Shown piece by piece: positions 59,401 to 64,000 of a stretch of DNA of 64,000 nt. The stretch is taken from NCBI RefSeq assembly GCF_964355755.1, contig NC_092674.1, positions 992,001 through 1,056,000 on the forward strand, in the 5' to 3' direction. The DNA comes from Antedon mediterranea. Taxonomy: Eukaryota > Animalia > Echinodermata. A model generated the notes under the pieces. That model did not search any database, had not been told where the DNA came from, and worked only from the letters and a program-made list of their open reading frames with translations. Made by a program: the position numbers and the translations under genes. Within the stretch, counting starts at the first letter, position 1; each line of letters starts with the position of its first letter.

Positions 59401-59883
59401 TTTAATTTGTAGCATACTTCTGTAAGTTGTTGCAAAGTTATTAGAGCGCGATTTAGTTTGAATTTGTAGATTGGGCGAGACAATTACTGTGCGTATATGT
59501 TTGTACTTATTTACTCGTGGTTTTAATTTTCACACTTTTTACTTTTGTAATTTCTTCTACCGTATATTTGAGAAGTAAATAATAAAAAGTTAACTAAGCT
59601 AATATAACATTTCAGATAAACTTCTTCTTCTTAGTTGTAGCAGGTTCGTGAATGGACTGATGTAATTTTAATTGTTCGTTCAAATTCTAACTGATATAAA
59701 ATAATTTTATTTAGGACTCTCTGATATTAGCTGAACCACTCGGTATATCCAGTGGAATGGTTGAAGCGATTCACAAGCCAACTGGAGAACACGAAGGTTC
59801 CATAATGTTGGATTCATATATATCAGCTATCACCATCGCTGATGAGTCAAATCAACTAAGAACAATTTCACAAACGCCAACAG
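53456..59883 (+). pseudogene. LRP-like paralog 4 (recent duplicate of paralog 2) with a frameshift in the EGF exon; 3' exons lie beyond the window
   Basis: Exons ~53456-53510, 53621-54089, 54924-55061, 56029-56158, 56339-56504, 56877-56992, 57636-57926, 58157-58304, 58393-58527, 59028-59142, 59715-59883. EGF exon is 116 nt versus 114 nt in paralogs 1 and 2, giving TAA at ~56966; other exons are open. Confidence 0.7.
55387..55606. repeat. 44-bp tandem repeat (5 copies) in paralog 4 intron
   Basis: aagcaagttctgttactggttagcccttcacaagtgtttgcttt x5; single copy at ~41226 in paralog 2. Confidence 0.95.
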
Positions 59884-60079
59884 GTTTGTTGTATGACTGT
59901 AATGGAAACATCAATACATTCTCGTTAGTCTTTGGTTATTCATAGAATTTATTTTTCATAAAGTTATGAGAGAAGGAATGTTAATAATTTGTCTGGGAAA
60001 GAGCCAAAATACACCCTGTTAGGCAAAAGTTTGCCTTGGTAATGTGTTCATCCTTTTCCGGATGTCATACAGATAAGAA

Positions 60080-60586
60080 TCTATATCTATATATAAATTT
60101 ACGTTAGGGCAAAATTCGGTAAATCGCGCGTTACTTCTAGAATGTTTACTCGATGGTATATAAAGTTGGTTCGTACTTTCGGTACTGATTTTAACCACTT
60201 GATGTAACCCTGTTTACTAATTAAATTGAGTTCAATAATTAGTTATTGACGATTAAAACGAATTTAGGTTCAACGATTTGCCCCAAATAGGGGTGTTTTT
60301 CGATCGTGGTATACACTGTCTAATGGATGTCCGTCTTGAAAAATACCCGCAGACAATAATACGAGGATGCTTCGAATTTTCCTATCTCCTCCTACGATAA
60401 TTGTATTTAATGGCTGAAAACCGGTTGAACAGCTCGAGTACAGCGTCATAATGTTGAAGACAGGCCGATTTTCTTTAAAAAATACTATTTTGATAGATTT
60501 AATATACGTTTATACAAATGTATTGATTTGCGATGAATGGAACATTCCAATCTCTGTTCCTCAAGTGTCTATTCCCTCAGGCGTCG
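60080..60586 (+). mobile_element. Possible 5' part of a Helitron-like element, interrupted by the Academ-like element
   Basis: a|tctatatctatatataaatt start resembling 28474; 3' end not in the window. Confidence 0.3.
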
Positions 60587-60589
60587 TAA

Positions 60590-63500
60590 TAGCAGGGTTG
60601 CTAACTTCCATTTTTTATGAAGATTGTGCATTTTGTGACAAAAGCACCAAATTTGGCACAAACCTTCTTTAGGGTATATCTAACAATCCTAGAAGGGGTG
60701 CCCAAAAATCGGAACAATTTAACGACGTCATTTGGACCACGCCCTTTTTTTAGTATTACGTAATTAGGTGAAAACTTAAATCTTCGTATATACATACCAA
60801 GTTTGGTATCAAATTAAAACTCATGACATGTACATTGCAATACACACATAAAAAATATATGATTTCTCTTCAGACGGAATATATAGGTCAAATAATGTCA
60901 TTTTCTGTCATATTGAAGGGGATTTAAATCAAAACGCGCCAATATTGGGCTATGTTATAAACATTGTAGTTATAAGAAAAACAACCTTCATTTTTGTAAT
61001 AGAACTACTAATATATATTTATCCTGTCCTGTCTTTCCATTAACATAATATTAGGAACCACTGAAAAAAATTATATAAAACATATACTGTATCAAACTTG
61101 GCTCAATAATCACTGGACTAAGTAAACAGACAAAAGACCATTTGACTGACAATTATGGCGTTAGCATCCAAAACAATACATGGAGGTGATTATCAACTTT
61201 ACTTTTATGAAATTATTTATCTGGAAATAAACACTTATAATGGTACAGAGTTGCTAGATGACGAACAAGTTCCACGGCATGGGTAACAAAGACCAGTGCA
61301 AGAAAGACCTGCTTAACGGCACTTGCAGTTCCCTGAGCAATGCAGGCAACCCATTCCTCGATAATTGTTCAGAACTTCTGGTCTTGGATGCTCGAGATTG
61401 TGCCAATGAAAGTGCAATAGTGACAGTTCGTACAATTCAGGATGTAGGTACTACCCAGTACCAAAAAATATATCAAGGAAGTTATTCTCGACAGAAGTGT
61501 TGCAATTCAACAAGCCATCAAACAGAATAAGCTGCCGTTGTTCAACGCACCATGGTCAAAATCAGTGTCCAAAACAAAGCAACAAGTTAAGAGTTTAAAA
61601 AGTGACTGCAGCCTTTTCAGTCGACTGTATATTGCAAGTCAATCTCGTGATGAAGATTTGGAAGACTTCTTCATGCATGAAAACCAGCCATGGCCACCCT
61701 CTTTGGCAGTAAATGGAAAGCTTCGACTACCAACTAAGAAGTCTGAGTTGCTACAGCATTTGGAGACTGAAGGCCAGCCTGAACCTCCTACATATTTTGA
61801 CGTAAAGGTGTTTGACGGAGCTGCTATTGTCCATGCTCTTTCCAGCAACCATGCATTTACATGACTACGATGATAAGGTGAGTACATTTCTTTGCATTCA
61901 GGATTGTATCTATTGTTTAACCACCACATAATTGGTCACTTCTATATGCGGATCGTTATTCTTGTATCATTTGTATGACAGGTCTTTCTATCGTGGACCA
62001 GACAGCAGTTGCAGAATAGTAACAGAATTGATATAGTGTGGGACACTTACAGAACAGATAGTCTTAAGCAGTCTACAGGAGAAAAAAGACGAAAATGGGT
62101 CAAGAGGAAAGTTGGGGGACAAACAAAGATTCCACGGAATTTTCCAGACTTTCTGAAAGATCCAGTAAATAAAGAGGAGTTATTTAACTTTTTAACTACA
62201 TGATTACTCTGACTGCAAAGAAGTTTACATAATTACATCAGGTAAGTTTTATTATGATACATACTAATTTATTTTGTTTGTAACCAAACGATTAATTTAC
62301 TTATACAGTTTCATACCAATAATTAATTAAAAAGGCATATTAAATTAGTAAGTAATTCTTGATATATGTCCTGTAGGCGAGTCTGTTGTATGTTGACATC
62401 TACTCCACCTATGTCAATCTGCGACCATGAAGAGCCCGAATCCAGGATGTGCATTCACATTGATGATGCCTTAAAGAAAGGTAGCAGGGTTATTTTGGTG
62501 CGTACAGTTGATACTGCTGATGTCATTGTTATCCTGATTGGTATTTTCTGCAATCTAATAGCCTGTTATCCTGGTACGTGTATCTGGGTCGCATTTGGCA
62601 TGGGTAAGCACTTCCAATATTTTAATATAAATACCATCTGCCATAACCTAGGAGAGGATAAGTCAAGAGGGCTGCCAGTTTTTCATGCATTTACTGGGTC
62701 CGATACTACATCCCAGTTCTTCGGAAAAGCAAAACACTCTGCATGGGAGACGTGGAACTCATTTCCAGCAGTCACAGAAGCCTTTCTTTTCATGGCACAT
62801 CACCCTTTCAAATCTCTAGGAGTTAACTCATCTCAATTTCAGTTGCTAGAGGAGTTTACATGTCATCTATACGACAAGACAAGTACTTTAAGAAGTGTTA
62901 CTGAGCTAAGACAAGATCTTTTTTCAAGAAAGGCACGGTCAATTGACAACATTCCTCCTACACAGGTAAGGGGAGCTTCCATATAATTGTCAATTGTCGT
63001 TTAATAATTTATTATCAGGTTCATGTTTTTCTTTCATTAAAAGGTAACACCAATCTTTAAATTGTTTATTGAAGGATGCACTTTTACAGCATTCCAACAG
63101 ATCCATATACCAAGCAAGCATTTGGACCACCAGTCTACAGCCACAGCAGAATTCTCCATCACCAGAAGACTTTGGTTGGACTAAAACCGGCAGTACATGG
63201 ACACCAATCTGGACAATACTACCTGAAGCATCCATGGCATGTAGGGAATAAAGTGTGGCTGCAAGTGCCGTTCAGCAGGTCTTTTTACCCATGCCGTGGA
63301 ACTTGTTCGTCATCTAGCAACTCTGTACCATTATAAGTATTTGTTTCCAGATAAATAATTTCATAAAAGTAAAGTTGATAATCACCTCCATGTATTGTTA
63401 TGGATGCTAACGCCATAATTGCCAGTCAAATGGTCTTTTGTCGGTTTACTAATAGTCCAGTGGTTATTGAGCCAAGTTTGATACAGTATATGTTTTATAT

Positions 63501-63973
63501 ACCTTTTTTCAGTGGTTCCTAATATTATGTTAAAGGAAAGTAACTGGTACAGGATAAATATATATTAGTACTATTACAAAAAATGAATGTTGTTGTTCTT
63601 ATAACTACAATGTTCATAACATAGCACAATATTGGCACGTTTTGATTGAAATACCCTTCAATATGACAGAAAATTACATTATTTGACCTATATATTCCGT
63701 CTGAAGAGAAATCATATATTTTTTATGTGTGTATTGCAATGTACATGTCATGAGTTTTAATTTGATACCAAACTTGGTATGTATATACGAAGATTTAAGT
63801 TTTCACCTAATTACGTATCACTAAAAAAAGGGCGTGGTCCAAATGACGTCGTTAAATTGTTCCGATTTTTGGGCACCCCTTCTAGGATTGTTAGATATAC
63901 CCTAAAGAAGGTTTGTGCCAAATTTGGTACTTTTGTCACAAAGTGCACAAAAAAGTGCTAAGTTACCCTGCTA
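60590..63973 (+). mobile_element. Internally deleted Academ-like DNA transposon with ~720-740-bp TIRs
   Basis: taa|TAGcagggt ... accctgCTA|taa (3-bp TSD); ~60590-61329 mirrors ~63259-63973. Confidence 0.85.
61330..63265 (+). pseudogene. Disrupted Academ-type transposase C-terminal region (XPG/FEN1-like nuclease domain), intron-containing
   Basis: GNPF, FFMHENQPWPPSL, VFDGAAIVH, RIDIVWDTY, CDHEEPESR, VRTVDTADV, FHAFTGSDTTSQFFGKAK, IPPTQ|DALLQH, PEDFGW, KCGCK; GT-AG introns ~61878-61981, 62242-62376, 62966-63074; several frameshifts. Confidence 0.75.
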
Positions 63974-64000
63974 TAAAGGCAAGTACTGTATACTCATTAC

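Overview
AT-rich eukaryotic (animal, probably marine invertebrate; species not identifiable) genomic DNA with spliced genes, all on the + strand: a ZRSR2/U2AF35-related splicing factor (2359-11114), TCTP/TPT1 (13428-17950), and a tandem cluster of four LDL-receptor/LRP-like YWTD-propeller + EGF membrane-protein paralogs that lack LDLa repeats (two apparently intact with unrelated cytoplasmic tails, one truncated pseudogene, one frameshifted and running off the window). Introns and intergenic DNA are packed with DNA transposons (an XPG-domain Academ-like element, large foldback/TIR elements, MULE-, Kolobok-, Harbinger- and TA-targeting MITEs, Helitron-like elements), a Penelope-like remnant, LINE fragments, a tRNA-SINE, a minimal hammerhead ribozyme motif and minisatellites. 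The most striking feature is tandem amplification of splice junctions: about 67 copies of a 3' splice site plus exon start in ZRSR2 (only the last is productive) and 2-8 copies of a 5' splice site in the LRP-like genes. Nearly all short ORFs in the supplied track are artefacts of repeats or are single exons. Exon boundaries were read by eye from GT/AG and translated similarity and may be off by a few bases.
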